Shown piece after piece: positions 43,765 through 52,674 of a DNA stretch of 64,000 nucleotides. The stretch comes from Escherichia phage EK5. A program made the translations under genes and the position numbers. Location: sequence record PQ805429.1. One strand, given 5' to 3'. Positions within the stretch are counted from its first letter, which is position 1; each line of letters opens with the position of its first letter. The notes beneath the pieces are model-generated. The model was given only the letters and a program-made list of their open reading frames with translations, had not been told where the DNA came from and ran no database searches.

Positions 43765-43990
43765 TATTAAATCTGATTATACAATGCTTCGATTAAATAA
43801 CATGAAGCCGGGCGTTCTGTTTGAGCGTAAAGAATCCCTTTACATTAGAACCGACACATTGTACGCAGACAATTATGTCAACTGTGTTGATGTGGTAACT
43901 GGAAAGCTCATGCCTTTTAAACGGGATGAAGTCTGCCAAGTACGTAGTGATCTCCACATAACTAACATAGGGGCTAAGGATGAAGATTAA
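43754..43990 (+). CDS. Small-protein family A, copy 1
   Basis: GTG start with SD AGGAG 7 nt upstream; shares MK(I/V)...G.VF pattern with six other ORFs. Confidence 0.45.
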   Translation: MKVNIKSDYTMLRLNNMKPGVLFERKESLYIRTDTLYADNYVNCVDVVTGKLMPFKRDEVCQVRSDLHITNIGAKDED

Positions 43991-44237
43991 TCTTGAAGTA
44001 AATGAACCGTCTTTGTGTGTTGGTGATCTCAAACTTGGAGATGTATTCCAAATCAGGGAAACACGAGCAGATTTCTACATGGTTGTTCAGCTATTTACCT
44101 CACAGATTGAAGAGACCAAGCCTTCTGATGGTGGTTGTGTCGTCCTTAGTCTAACAAATAAGCAAGTCCTTAAGCTCAGCTCGAAAAGCAAGGTTGTTCT
44201 TCTTCATGATGTTGTTATTACTAACAAGGGTAAGTGA
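43980..44237 (+). CDS. Small-protein family A, copy 2
   Basis: MKINLEVNEPSLCVGDLKLGDVF; start overlaps upstream stop. Confidence 0.5.
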   Translation: MKINLEVNEPSLCVGDLKLGDVFQIRETRADFYMVVQLFTSQIEETKPSDGGCVVLSLTNKQVLKLSSKSKVVLLHDVVITNKGK

Positions 44238-44456
44238 ATGGAAATTAAAGTAGTTGATTATCCTAAATATGCAAATGCAGAAGACGTTAAAAGTGGTGAT
44301 GTTTTCTCTTACGATAGACGTTTCTGGCTGATGTTAGAAGATAAAACTCCTGATGGTTTGTGTAAGGCCGCCGATCTGAACAGTGGTTCTGTTGAAGTCT
44401 TCGGTTTATCAACCACTGTTATGCCCCGTCCTGATCTGTGTTTATCCCAAAAGTAA
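44238..44456 (+). CDS. Small-protein family A, copy 3
   Basis: MEIKVVDYPKYANAEDVKSGDVFSYDRRFW; closest to copy 4. Confidence 0.5.
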   Translation: MEIKVVDYPKYANAEDVKSGDVFSYDRRFWLMLEDKTPDGLCKAADLNSGSVEVFGLSTTVMPRPDLCLSQK

Positions 44457-44944
44457 CATCGACTTATAGCCCTTGTGTTTATCAGAGGGCTATGTGAGGG
44501 TGTTCCTCATTAACTTATTAATTCAGGCATATGCCACACCGCTAGGGAGAGCTTGCTCGAACATCCGGTGTTAGACTAAAACCTGTCAATTTTCGAAAGA
44601 CTTTCTGATATGTAGGGGTACATATTGGTTTGGGATTCAGGAGACTTCCTAGGGGTAGGGAGTCTTCACCAGTTGGAATAAGAGATAGCTCTAGAACCTG
44701 AACTCTTAGGCAGAGAGGGTCGGCAATGAGTACGCGGTCAGAATTAGTCTACTGACTAGAGCTATCCCTTATATTAACTGGCAATAATGCCTCCACTAAC
44801 AAAGAGAGATAGGTATGAAAGTATCAACCAAACGTATGAACCGCCCTGAACGTATGGATGTAGTAGCTAATGGTGCTCTGAAACTGGAAGGCTTTTGGAT
44901 TCATGCAATGTCAGCCATCCGTAACAAACAAGGCAATTGGACCT

Positions 44945-45154
44945 ATGCCGGTTAAGACAACCCATGTGATAGGTATGCGAGAGATCATTCGCATTGCCTT
45001 GATGGAACACACAGAACGCAACATTCAACTAACGCAAATCTCTAAGTGTCTTAATTGCTCAAGAGATGTGGCTAAGGAGTTGATGTTTGCATTCCTGTAT
45101 AATGCAGAAGACGAAATGCTACAGAATCATCTGATTCGTTGTGTTAGTCAATAA
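44945..45154 (+). CDS. Hypothetical protein
   Basis: ATG 44945 inside the listed 44903 ORF; terminator follows. Confidence 0.4.
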   Translation: MPVKTTHVIGMREIIRIALMEHTERNIQLTQISKCLNCSRDVAKELMFAFLYNAEDEMLQNHLIRCVSQ

Positions 45155-45159
45155 AGAGA

Positions 45160-45188
45160 GGCTGCCTTCGGGCGGCCTTTGTTGTTTT
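45160..45188 (+). terminator. Rho-independent terminator
   Basis: GGCTGCC-TTCG-GGCGGCC hairpin followed by TTTGTTGTTTT. Confidence 0.6.
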
Positions 45189-45232
45189 AATTAAGGGTCA
45201 GCTCTTACTTAAACTAACAAGAGGAAGCTAAA

Positions 45233-45409
45233 ATGTCTAAGCAAACAATCAAACATACGCAAGCTGGTTACTCTTATGTCAACTCCCCTTGCTGTGGTGC
45301 TCGTGTCAATCTGGTTAAGGAAGAGGTTCGTATCGTTCAGCGTGGCGCTACTGTTGTTCGCTCATGCTGTGTCTGTGGTAATGACATTTTTATCAAAGGT
45401 AAAGTATGA
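45233..45409 (+). CDS. Small zinc-ribbon protein (58 aa)
   Basis: SD GAGGAAG; two CC pairs (SPCCGARV and SCCVCGND); below the ORF-track size cutoff. Confidence 0.4.
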   Translation: MSKQTIKHTQAGYSYVNSPCCGARVNLVKEEVRIVQRGATVVRSCCVCGNDIFIKGKV

Positions 45410-45657
45410 AAAACTTTCAAGCTGCACCGATAACTAAAGTGATCGAAGTTGATGATGTGATGATGACTGTTCCTCTGAACACTCGTTACATTGCAATTGA
45501 CAGGATGGGTTATGTATGGGCTTGGAAGATTAAGCCTAGCTATAACGCACTGTTCGACGAGTTTGTTTGTACTGGTATTTACAGTCCTACATTCTTGGGT
45601 TTATTTGGAGAGTTCGAAGGTCAGTATAAAATCATCACTCTCCCTGCTTGTGCTTGA
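45406..45657 (+). CDS. Hypothetical protein
   Basis: Start overlaps upstream stop (ATGA). Confidence 0.4.
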   Translation: MKNFQAAPITKVIEVDDVMMTVPLNTRYIAIDRMGYVWAWKIKPSYNALFDEFVCTGIYSPTFLGLFGEFEGQYKIITLPACA

Positions 45658-45664
45658 GGTTAAT

Positions 45665-45826
45665 ATGTTCAAGTGGCTAAAGCGTGTCTTTCATTGTCAT
45701 GATTGGAAGATTATTAATACTCGCCCTCTGGTCTATACAGATTCGGATGGGAACAATGACAAGGGCACACGTTACGTTATTCAGTGTAAGGTGTGTGGTG
45801 ATGTTAGTCATCGTGATGTAATCTAA
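45665..45826 (+). CDS. Small-protein family B, copy 1
   Basis: MFKWLKRVFHCHDWK ... CKVCGD; SD GAGG. Confidence 0.5.
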   Translation: MFKWLKRVFHCHDWKIINTRPLVYTDSDGNNDKGTRYVIQCKVCGDVSHRDVI

Positions 45827-45835
45827 GGAATCATT

Positions 45836-46000
45836 ATGATCAAATGGTTCAAACGCTTCTTTCATTTCCATGAGTGGGAAGATCTTCATACTTATGAACT
45901 GACGATCACAAATAAACTTACTGACAGAGAGCGACAAGGGTTGCGTATCTACTCTCGCTGTAAAGTGTGTGGTCTGCACAAGAAAACAGATCTGATCTAA
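45836..46000 (+). CDS. Small-protein family B, copy 2
   Basis: MIKWFKRFFHFHEWE ... CKVCGL; tandem to copy 1. Confidence 0.5.
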   Translation: MIKWFKRFFHFHEWEDLHTYELTITNKLTDRERQGLRIYSRCKVCGLHKKTDLI

Positions 46001-46008
46001 GGGGTGTT

Positions 46009-46218
46009 ATGTTCTTTCGTAAGAAAAAGCCCGAAGATTCTGGATGTAAACATGAGTGGGTGATCACTGAGAACCTACATATCACCCACGCTAAAGACAC
46101 TCCGGTCGAGAGAAAAGAATCTCGTGTATCTCGTATCTGTAAACACTGTTTGAAAATAGAACAGCATAAAGTTCCCGGTCATATCGGTCACGATGTAGCC
46201 ATTCGTATCTTTAGTTAA
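46009..46218 (+). CDS. Small-protein family B, copy 3 (divergent)
   Basis: CKHEW ... CKHC; SD GGGG. Confidence 0.45.
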   Translation: MFFRKKKPEDSGCKHEWVITENLHITHAKDTPVERKESRVSRICKHCLKIEQHKVPGHIGHDVAIRIFS

Positions 46219-46227
46219 ACAAATCTA

Positions 46228-46303
46228 GCACCCTTAGCTCAATGGACAGAGCAGCGACCTTCTAAGTCGTTGGTTACAGGTTCGAGTCCTGTAGGGTGCA
46301 CCA
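46228..46303 (+). tRNA. tRNA-Arg (anticodon UCU, reads AGA), CCA encoded
   Basis: Hand-folded cloverleaf: acceptor GCACCCT/AGGGTGC, D-stem GCTC/GAGC, anticodon stem GCGAC/GTCGT with loop CTTCTAA, T-arm ACAGG-TTCGAGT-CCTGT, discriminator A then CCA. Confidence 0.9.
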
Positions 46304-46322
46304 ATCAACGTAGGAGGTAGTT

Positions 46323-46622
46323 ATGAGTTGGGGTGGTGTAATATCCTTAATCTGTATCTTCCTTGTCTGTGTGGCCCTTACAGGCTGCGTACAGAGCCGT
46401 CCTGATGGATGGTGTGCAGTAGCAGTGGATGGTATTTGTGTATCTCGCTGGCATAAAGGTGAGAAGGTTCCTTCTGGTGAGATTGATATGCGCTGGAACG
46501 GAGCAACCTGCTCTAATGCTAACCCTTCTATCAACGAAGAGAAGTCTACGCCAGACAGTGTTGTGATTGATACAGCGTTGTGGTGTGGTGGCTCTACAGT
46601 TACCACTGGTAAGGAGTGGTAA
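46323..46622 (+). CDS. Cys-rich lipoprotein
   Basis: Strong SD GGAGG; signal peptide with lipobox LTGC. Confidence 0.6.
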   Translation: MSWGGVISLICIFLVCVALTGCVQSRPDGWCAVAVDGICVSRWHKGEKVPSGEIDMRWNGATCSNANPSINEEKSTPDSVVIDTALWCGGSTVTTGKEW

Positions 46623-46623
46623 C

Positions 46624-46872
46624 ATGACAGCTCATTATTGGAATACAAAGAAGCTCCTTGAAGAGATGGCTGGAGTTAGTAGAGTACAGCTAATCTCTAT
46701 GCTTCGAATGGATGCTCGCTCCTTACGCTTCCAAGTAAAGATTGGTAACTTCAGTGATGGCCTTTATTACACGCTGAAGGAAAGGATTAAGAAGACACAC
46801 TTCATTATATATGGACTCAAACCGAGAACATATGTTAACTACATGTATTGGGATACATGCTACGATAATTGA
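46624..46872 (+). CDS. Hypothetical protein
   Basis: ATG 46624 with SD AAGGAG, internal to the listed 46567 ORF. Confidence 0.4.
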   Translation: MTAHYWNTKKLLEEMAGVSRVQLISMLRMDARSLRFQVKIGNFSDGLYYTLKERIKKTHFIIYGLKPRTYVNYMYWDTCYDN

Positions 46873-46879
46873 GGTTATT

Positions 46880-47101
46880 ATGAAACTAGACTCTAAGCAG
46901 TCACTTAAAACCGTTGAGCTGTCCAGCCTTCCAAACGGAAGTGTTTTTGGTCATGATAAACACTTCTGGATTAAAACAGACATCATAAACGATGGATATA
47001 TCACCTGTGTCAATCTTTGGAACGGCTCAGTGGATGGTTATCGCCCTAGCGCAAAGGTAGTCCCTCAACCTGATGCAAAGGCTGTAGGTTTAGTTTATTA
47101 G
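46880..47101 (+). CDS. Small-protein family A, copy 4
   Basis: MKLDSKQSLKTVELSSLPNGSVFGHDKHFW, closely similar to copy 3. Confidence 0.5.
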   Translation: MKLDSKQSLKTVELSSLPNGSVFGHDKHFWIKTDIINDGYITCVNLWNGSVDGYRPSAKVVPQPDAKAVGLVY

Positions 47102-47436
47102 GGAGTATGTATGAGTTGTTTTGGTGGCGGTGAAGTAGATGACGATGATGACATGGAATCCAACGGTACATGTCCTGATTGTGGATGTGAGACGTTTGAT
47201 GGGGTGTCTGTTTATCCTGCCTGTAGTTACTCACCAGTGATCTGTAAAACATGTGGTGATCAGCCGTGTGACCAATCTTGTTAAGAGAATCTTATGACTG
47301 AAGAATTTTTAGAGTGGTTTGGGAACACCTTCAAAGATTATCTATTCTCTCCAGAAGACTTTGAAGAACTGAAAACCTACACTTGGTTGGCTTGGAGAGA
47401 TAGCCGACGAAAGTTGAACAAGTAAGAGATGATTAA

Positions 47437-47694
47437 ATGGGTTTACTTGATATTTTTATCTCAGTTTACTTTATTGGAGTATTCCTTTCTGTCTTAGTGA
47501 TGAAACTGCTATACAAGAAAGGTCTACTAAAAGGGGTCATTACAACAGGGTCTACCAGCTCTGAACCTGATGAGATGATGGTTGTTCTCTTAATTGTGTT
47601 GTGGCCTATCTCAATACTGTCAGGAGTTTTTTATCCAATAGGTTGGCTTCTGTTTAAAGCATATGATGCAGTTATGCATTTTATCTTTAAGTAA
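47437..47694 (+). CDS. Small membrane protein (two TM helices)
   Basis: Two hydrophobic helices. Confidence 0.45.
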   Translation: MGLLDIFISVYFIGVFLSVLVMKLLYKKGLLKGVITTGSTSSEPDEMMVVLLIVLWPISILSGVFYPIGWLLFKAYDAVMHFIFK

Positions 47695-47984
47695 TATCGT
47701 GAAGGATTCTTACGAGAGTCCTTTGAGATAGGACTTCAGATCTCCTATCAAACTAACATTCATGTAACTAGCCCATAAGGGCGTTACCCTTTAATAACCC
47801 AGCCCACTAAGGGGGCGGGAGTTTAGTGCTGGATTAGCATAACGCTTATTCCTACAAAGGCAACCGATTGTTAGATCTTACATGCAATATTAACTAATAG
47901 GATAAGGGAGGATTCGTCCCCTCCCCCTATTTTATTGAATCTTTATCTAAGCAAGTCTTATATAAACGTTTAATTGGAGGATGT

Positions 47985-48296
47985 ATGAAAGCACGAAGAA
48001 CTATATGGACTCCGATGCAGATTGAAAATCTTCGGAGACTGATCAAAGAGTACTCGGTTCAAGAAGTTGCTCAGATTATGAATGTAACGGAGAATGCTGT
48101 TAACACAGCTTGCACTAAATTCGGAATATCAAGAGCTTCAATCCGAGTCAAGTGGTCTAAAGAAGAAGATCAGTTCCTTATCCGTAATGCCGGGTTTATG
48201 TCTATTCAGAGAATGGCTGACATGCTTGGTAGAAGTTATGCTGCTGTACAGAACAGGGCATGTATGCACCTTAATATTAGCCTCAAACTTAAATAG
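47985..48296 (+). CDS. DNA-binding protein with duplicated HTH-like repeat
   Basis: Two repeats W(T/S)..E...L ... (V/M)A..(M/L)....AV..(A/R). Confidence 0.4.
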   Translation: MKARRTIWTPMQIENLRRLIKEYSVQEVAQIMNVTENAVNTACTKFGISRASIRVKWSKEEDQFLIRNAGFMSIQRMADMLGRSYAAVQNRACMHLNISLKLK

Positions 48297-48304
48297 GAAT
48301 CAAT

Positions 48305-48553
48305 ATGAAGATTACTCACAAGAAAGAAGAAGTGTCCACGGTTGATATCAACTCTCTTCCTAGTGGAGCAGTATTTAAATTCCCTGAGAGTTCTACTCTC
48401 TATGTCAAAGGGTCTGTGTCTGAAAGTCCTAATGTAACCGTTAACTCCGATCGAGCAATCACTCTTCGTCTATCTGATGGTAACGTAACAGCCCCTTCTA
48501 TCTGGTGCCGAGTTGTCCCTGTATCGGCAGAACTTTTGGTGGATAATACATAA
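48305..48553 (+). CDS. Small-protein family A, copy 5
   Basis: MKITHKKEEVSTVDINSLPSGAVF. Confidence 0.5.
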   Translation: MKITHKKEEVSTVDINSLPSGAVFKFPESSTLYVKGSVSESPNVTVNSDRAITLRLSDGNVTAPSIWCRVVPVSAELLVDNT

Positions 48554-48798
48554 TGAAAATCATCCCAAAGAAAAAGGATAATACGGTTCGATTGGAAACA
48601 ATCATTCCCGGAAACCCCTTCGTAGTTCAGCACGGAAGTGCCTCTCCTCAGTATTATATGAGGGTTGAAAATGCTTCTGGTAACATCCGTATAGCCAGTG
48701 GCTGGGTTCCTGTAGTAAATCTATCCACAGGTGTACTGTCTGTTAAAGGTCTTGATGATCAGGTAGAAATGATTCGTATGTCTGTGGTTCAGGAGTGA
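48553..48798 (+). CDS. Small-protein family A, copy 6
   Basis: MKIIPKKKDNTVRLETIIPGNPF; overlapping start/stop with copy 5. Confidence 0.5.
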   Translation: MKIIPKKKDNTVRLETIIPGNPFVVQHGSASPQYYMRVENASGNIRIASGWVPVVNLSTGVLSVKGLDDQVEMIRMSVVQE

Positions 48799-49046
48799 GA
48801 ATGAGCACGATACATATTAAGGTTCACAACAAAGAAAAAAAGAAACTCTTTGTTAAAGATCTATCAACCGCTGACATCTTTACTTTAAAAGATGATGACA
48901 GTCAGGTCATTTATTTGATGATGCCTCTATCTGGTGGATATCGCAGAGCAGTTAATTTAGGTACAGGCGAACCTCGTCCTGTTTCTGACACTCTTGAAGT
49001 TGGCGAGAAGTTTGCCAAAGCAGAGATCATCTTAACTCCGATGTAA
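48795..49046 (+). CDS. Small-protein family A, copy 7 (divergent)
   Basis: KDLSTADIFTLKDD; overlapping start/stop with copy 6. Confidence 0.4.
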   Translation: MRMSTIHIKVHNKEKKKLFVKDLSTADIFTLKDDDSQVIYLMMPLSGGYRRAVNLGTGEPRPVSDTLEVGEKFAKAEIILTPM

Positions 49047-49279
49047 GGGTAAGTAAGTGAAAACAAAAGCATATTCTTATGATGATATGATCAACCAGAA
49101 AGGCTTCGGTCAACGCCAGCCTGACGGTTCAATTATCTGGTTTGTAAACGGACAGAAAAAGGTAGCTAAATAAGCCCTCTTCTCTCCTCCTTTTAGTACT
49201 ATGACGCCTCTCTGTGGGCGGCCCAATTTGCGTAGGGAATTCCCTCTACGCAGCCATGACTTTTTAAGGAATTTCCCCT

Positions 49280-49513
49280 ATGTCTAAAGTAAGTGCAATT
49301 GATGCAATCCGTCAACCGTTCCAGTTCCAATCCAAATCAACCCAAACCTTCAGCGAACCTAAGCAAATTCGCTTGGGTGGCACAGAGAAAACTGTGTTCG
49401 ATCTGGCTAAAAACAAGAGCGTTACCGTAGTTGATGGTGGCACTCTGGTTAACGTTTCTCATCGCATCCGCACTGGCAAAACTGCCAAAGATCGTGCTAA
49501 GAAAGGCGAGTAA
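49280..49513 (+). CDS. Hypothetical protein
   Basis: ORF downstream of the conserved 18-mer element. Confidence 0.4.
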   Translation: MSKVSAIDAIRQPFQFQSKSTQTFSEPKQIRLGGTEKTVFDLAKNKSVTVVDGGTLVNVSHRIRTGKTAKDRAKKGE

Positions 49514-49728
49514 TGATAACACTTGTGTCGATCGTTTACAGAATACACTACCGTCTAGACAAAGGTAAGACCTATAAGTGCAAGAGTAAGACAGGCAATA
49601 GATGCTCTGTAGAAAACAACTCTGGTCAATGGGTGGATGTACCTTGTTGTTGGTTCAGGAAAGACTTGACTAACAAAGAAATTGACGAAATCCTTAGTGA
49701 TGATTTTGTAAAATCAAGTGATTTTTAG
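49513..49728 (+). CDS. Hypothetical Cys-containing protein
   Basis: Start overlaps upstream stop. Confidence 0.4.
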   Translation: MITLVSIVYRIHYRLDKGKTYKCKSKTGNRCSVENNSGQWVDVPCCWFRKDLTNKEIDEILSDDFVKSSDF

Positions 49729-50118
49729 TTGTAGTAACGCCTATAGCCTTCTTCGGAGGGCTATGTGAGTTATTCTGACTCAACTAACCTAATCTTAATA
49801 TATTTCCCGTATGGGGCCGATGCTAGGGAGAGGAACATTCCTCGAACATCCGTCGGATAGATATTTTAAGAGCAGGTTATCCACAGATATTGGGTAATAT
49901 CTTTTTGTATTTAAAGCTTGACTCTTTTCGGAGAGTCCTTTTTTAAATTCAACGAGAGGAAATATGTCTAAATTAGATTTAAAACTGCTAGCAGCAGCGG
50001 TAGTGATTTGTGCACTAGCACTGGTAACGCAGAGAACATCTGGATTTATTCAGTGTTTCTTTTCTGGGCAATCCACTTATCAGTGGGTTATTGACGAGTG
50101 TAAACAACAGGAGTAAGT

Positions 50119-50481
50119 ATGAATACACGTCCCATCAAGGGCAACGTTAATATTGAAACTCTGAACAAGGTTGCATCAAACCTCGGTGGTATGTCCAACG
50201 AAGAGCTTGAGCAAGAACTTGCTTGGATTGCAAATGGTATCAAGGTTGCTAAAGGTAAGATTGCTCGTGAGCAAAGTAACATGAAAGCTCATAAGTATCT
50301 AATCCATCGTGCAAACGTGTTACCGGAGCGGGTTGTACATCTTGCCCGTAAAAACTACGCAGAAGCAAAGAAAGCTCTGGAAGAAGCTGAGTTCCAGAAG
50401 CATCAATTTATGAACAACTATCGAAACTTCCGAGATATTCTTTATATTCGTAAGTCGATTGAGTTGATTAAAAACCAATAG
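50119..50481 (+). CDS. Hypothetical protein
   Basis: SD AGGAG; helical. Confidence 0.45.
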   Translation: MNTRPIKGNVNIETLNKVASNLGGMSNEELEQELAWIANGIKVAKGKIAREQSNMKAHKYLIHRANVLPERVVHLARKNYAEAKKALEEAEFQKHQFMNNYRNFRDILYIRKSIELIKNQ

Positions 50482-50492
50482 AGGTTGGTATA

Positions 50493-51692
50493 ATGTTTCC
50501 AGTAACATTAGAAGATACTGAAGGTAATGTTTTAACAGTCAACCCTCCTTGTTATGGGTTCCTTCAGCTTCGCAACTATAACGGTGGCGTTGATGAAGAC
50601 GATGAAGAGTATGATGACTACTTCGACCCTAACATGTATGAGGCAACTCATGGATGGAATATGCACGTTCGAGTGTGGCATGAAGAAGCTAACGTTCGTA
50701 GTGCTGATGGGGAAGAGTTCCTGTTAAGCCGAGAGATGGATATGTGTAAAATCAAGCATATCTGGAACTCTGGAACTCATATGAAGATGTTAGGTTTTAG
50801 ACGTTGGCGTGATGAAAAGCATGTAGCTGAAGCTTTAAGTTGGTGTTCGTATGAAGATGAAGACACGCCCCCTAAGAACAACATCGAACGTTGGAACGAC
50901 AAAAACCCTGAGCATCGAACCACACCTCGTGCTGTACTGGAAGCTATGGAAGCATTTGTGGACAAAGATCGTCCCTCCTGTTTACGCTGGCACGATAAAG
51001 GTTTTATGGGGGTAGCAACTGAGAATATCCCTGCTGATCGTTGTCTGTTCTATTTGATGTTAGACCGAATCTTCTATTGTGAAGATGAAGAGAGTCAAGT
51101 TGAAACCTTCCTCCATAAATGGTTGGTTGAAGGCTGGACAATCCTTCAGGCTTATGTTTACTCACGAATGGTTAGCACTTACACTAACCTCTTAGGGGAA
51201 ACGAAAGCAACTCTGGTTGGTAATGATTGGGATGCTTGTATCTTCCCAGCGTCGCTGTTTACAGTTGGCATGGCTAATAAATACGCTGAAGCATTTCAAG
51301 TGCCTTGGCGTCAACAGTCATATAGAGATGGATGCGGTCATTTCCGTGATGAAGACTTTAAGTGGATTCATTACGAGAATGATGAAACAGCAGAATTACG
51401 AGTTAACAACTCAATGTTCTTGCCAGTGATGCACCCCGATCTAGTAAAAGACGGGTCAGAGACACTTAAAGGTGATAATCTTTTGGTTAACTTTACCCGT
51501 CGCGTGTCTAAAAATGAGAAAACAGCTAACAGGTTAATCTACGGCATTCGTGCCGAGGCTAAAGACCTGTTCAACATCTACAACATCATTCAGCGATTTA
51601 GTAGTGGAACTCTGGACCAAAGTTCGGAGTATTCAGTGATTCCGTCCTCTGAGTGGGATGGTATTATGAGCGGATTATTTTTAGGAAAATAA
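50493..51692 (+). CDS. Hypothetical protein, first gene of the amidoligase cassette
   Basis: 399 aa, tightly packed with downstream genes; no motif recognised. Confidence 0.45.
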   Translation: MFPVTLEDTEGNVLTVNPPCYGFLQLRNYNGGVDEDDEEYDDYFDPNMYEATHGWNMHVRVWHEEANVRSADGEEFLLSREMDMCKIKHIWNSGTHMKMLGFRRWRDEKHVAEALSWCSYEDEDTPPKNNIERWNDKNPEHRTTPRAVLEAMEAFVDKDRPSCLRWHDKGFMGVATENIPADRCLFYLMLDRIFYCEDEESQVETFLHKWLVEGWTILQAYVYSRMVSTYTNLLGETKATLVGNDWDACIFPASLFTVGMANKYAEAFQVPWRQQSYRDGCGHFRDEDFKWIHYENDETAELRVNNSMFLPVMHPDLVKDGSETLKGDNLLVNFTRRVSKNEKTANRLIYGIRAEAKDLFNIYNIIQRFSSGTLDQSSEYSVIPSSEWDGIMSGLFLGK

Positions 51693-51702
51693 AAGGTTAG
51701 TT

Positions 51703-52674
51703 ATGTCAATCTCCACAACGATCGTACCTCTTAATCTTCAACAGGATTTAGGGGAACAGAAGTTCTTAGGTCGTGGGTGCTTCGGTATCCACAACTACAT
51801 GCAAGGTCAAGTCATATATGATGTTAATGACGAATGTGTAATGGAAGATGGGCGCCATAAACGCTTCAACCGTGACATTAACTTGCAATTGGAGATGTTG
51901 AATTACTGGACCCACTCTTTTCATGGTCATGTTCCATCTGATATTGAAAAGAACTTGATTGAAACAGCAGACATTATGAATTCTATGTCTTGCTATCGTG
52001 ATGTATTTACTATCACTTCAGCGAACAGTGTTGCTGTCAATCTTCGTGAGCATCCAGCAGATCAGATCTTCACAGGACTTATGCTCTTCCGTAGTATTCT
52101 GGAAGGGCAATATCGTGGAATGGATTTCCTAGCAGAAGGAATTGAAGACAGGGAAGAGTGGCTGAAGCGTAAACGCATCGGCATCGCTCTAGTGTTAGCT
52201 GGGTTGGGTCGTGACTTCTTCGGTGGGTGGTCTCAACGAGGAAGAGCCAATGGGAGTAGCGAGAGCACCTCTATTGTTATTAACAACAATATGTCAGCAG
52301 CAGCTTTCCTTCCTTTGGTTGTAGACTCTGATGAATATACGAAGCAAGTATGGGTTCAAAACCCCTTCGGTGTTGGCGACAATGAGAATGGTTATGTTCG
52401 TAACCACAACCAAGATGCCTTACGAAGATTTGCTCGTGCTAAAGATCAAGACCCAGACGAGTATGAAACAATGTCAGAGTGGTTAAGACTCTGGTCCAAC
52501 TGTTATGGTCACAAACGTGAAGCAATAGACGACAAGTTGGGAAACATTACGGTACAAAACTTTACATCCCGACTGATTCAAAGAACTGGAGCAGATTCCG
52601 GTCTTACTCTTGAAGAAGTTGGTAACACAATCTCATCTCTCTTTTCTGAACTAGTGGAGTATTACAATGACTAA
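51703..52674 (+). CDS. Hypothetical protein (cassette)
   Basis: 323 aa; overlaps the next gene start. Confidence 0.45.
   Translation: MSISTTIVPLNLQQDLGEQKFLGRGCFGIHNYMQGQVIYDVNDECVMEDGRHKRFNRDINLQLEMLNYWTHSFHGHVPSDIEKNLIETADIMNSMSCYRDVFTITSANSVAVNLREHPADQIFTGLMLFRSILEGQYRGMDFLAEGIEDREEWLKRKRIGIALVLAGLGRDFFGGWSQRGRANGSSESTSIVINNNMSAAAFLPLVVDSDEYTKQVWVQNPFGVGDNENGYVRNHNQDALRRFARAKDQDPDEYETMSEWLRLWSNCYGHKREAIDDKLGNITVQNFTSRLIQRTGADSGLTLEEVGNTISSLFSELVEYYND

Noticed and set aside
46228-46303. Possibility that the phage tRNA is an amber suppressor explaining the in-frame TAG at 55274
   Set aside because: The anticodon loop reads CTTCTAA (anticodon UCU, Arg), not CUA; no second tRNA-like T-arm sequence was found elsewhere in the window.
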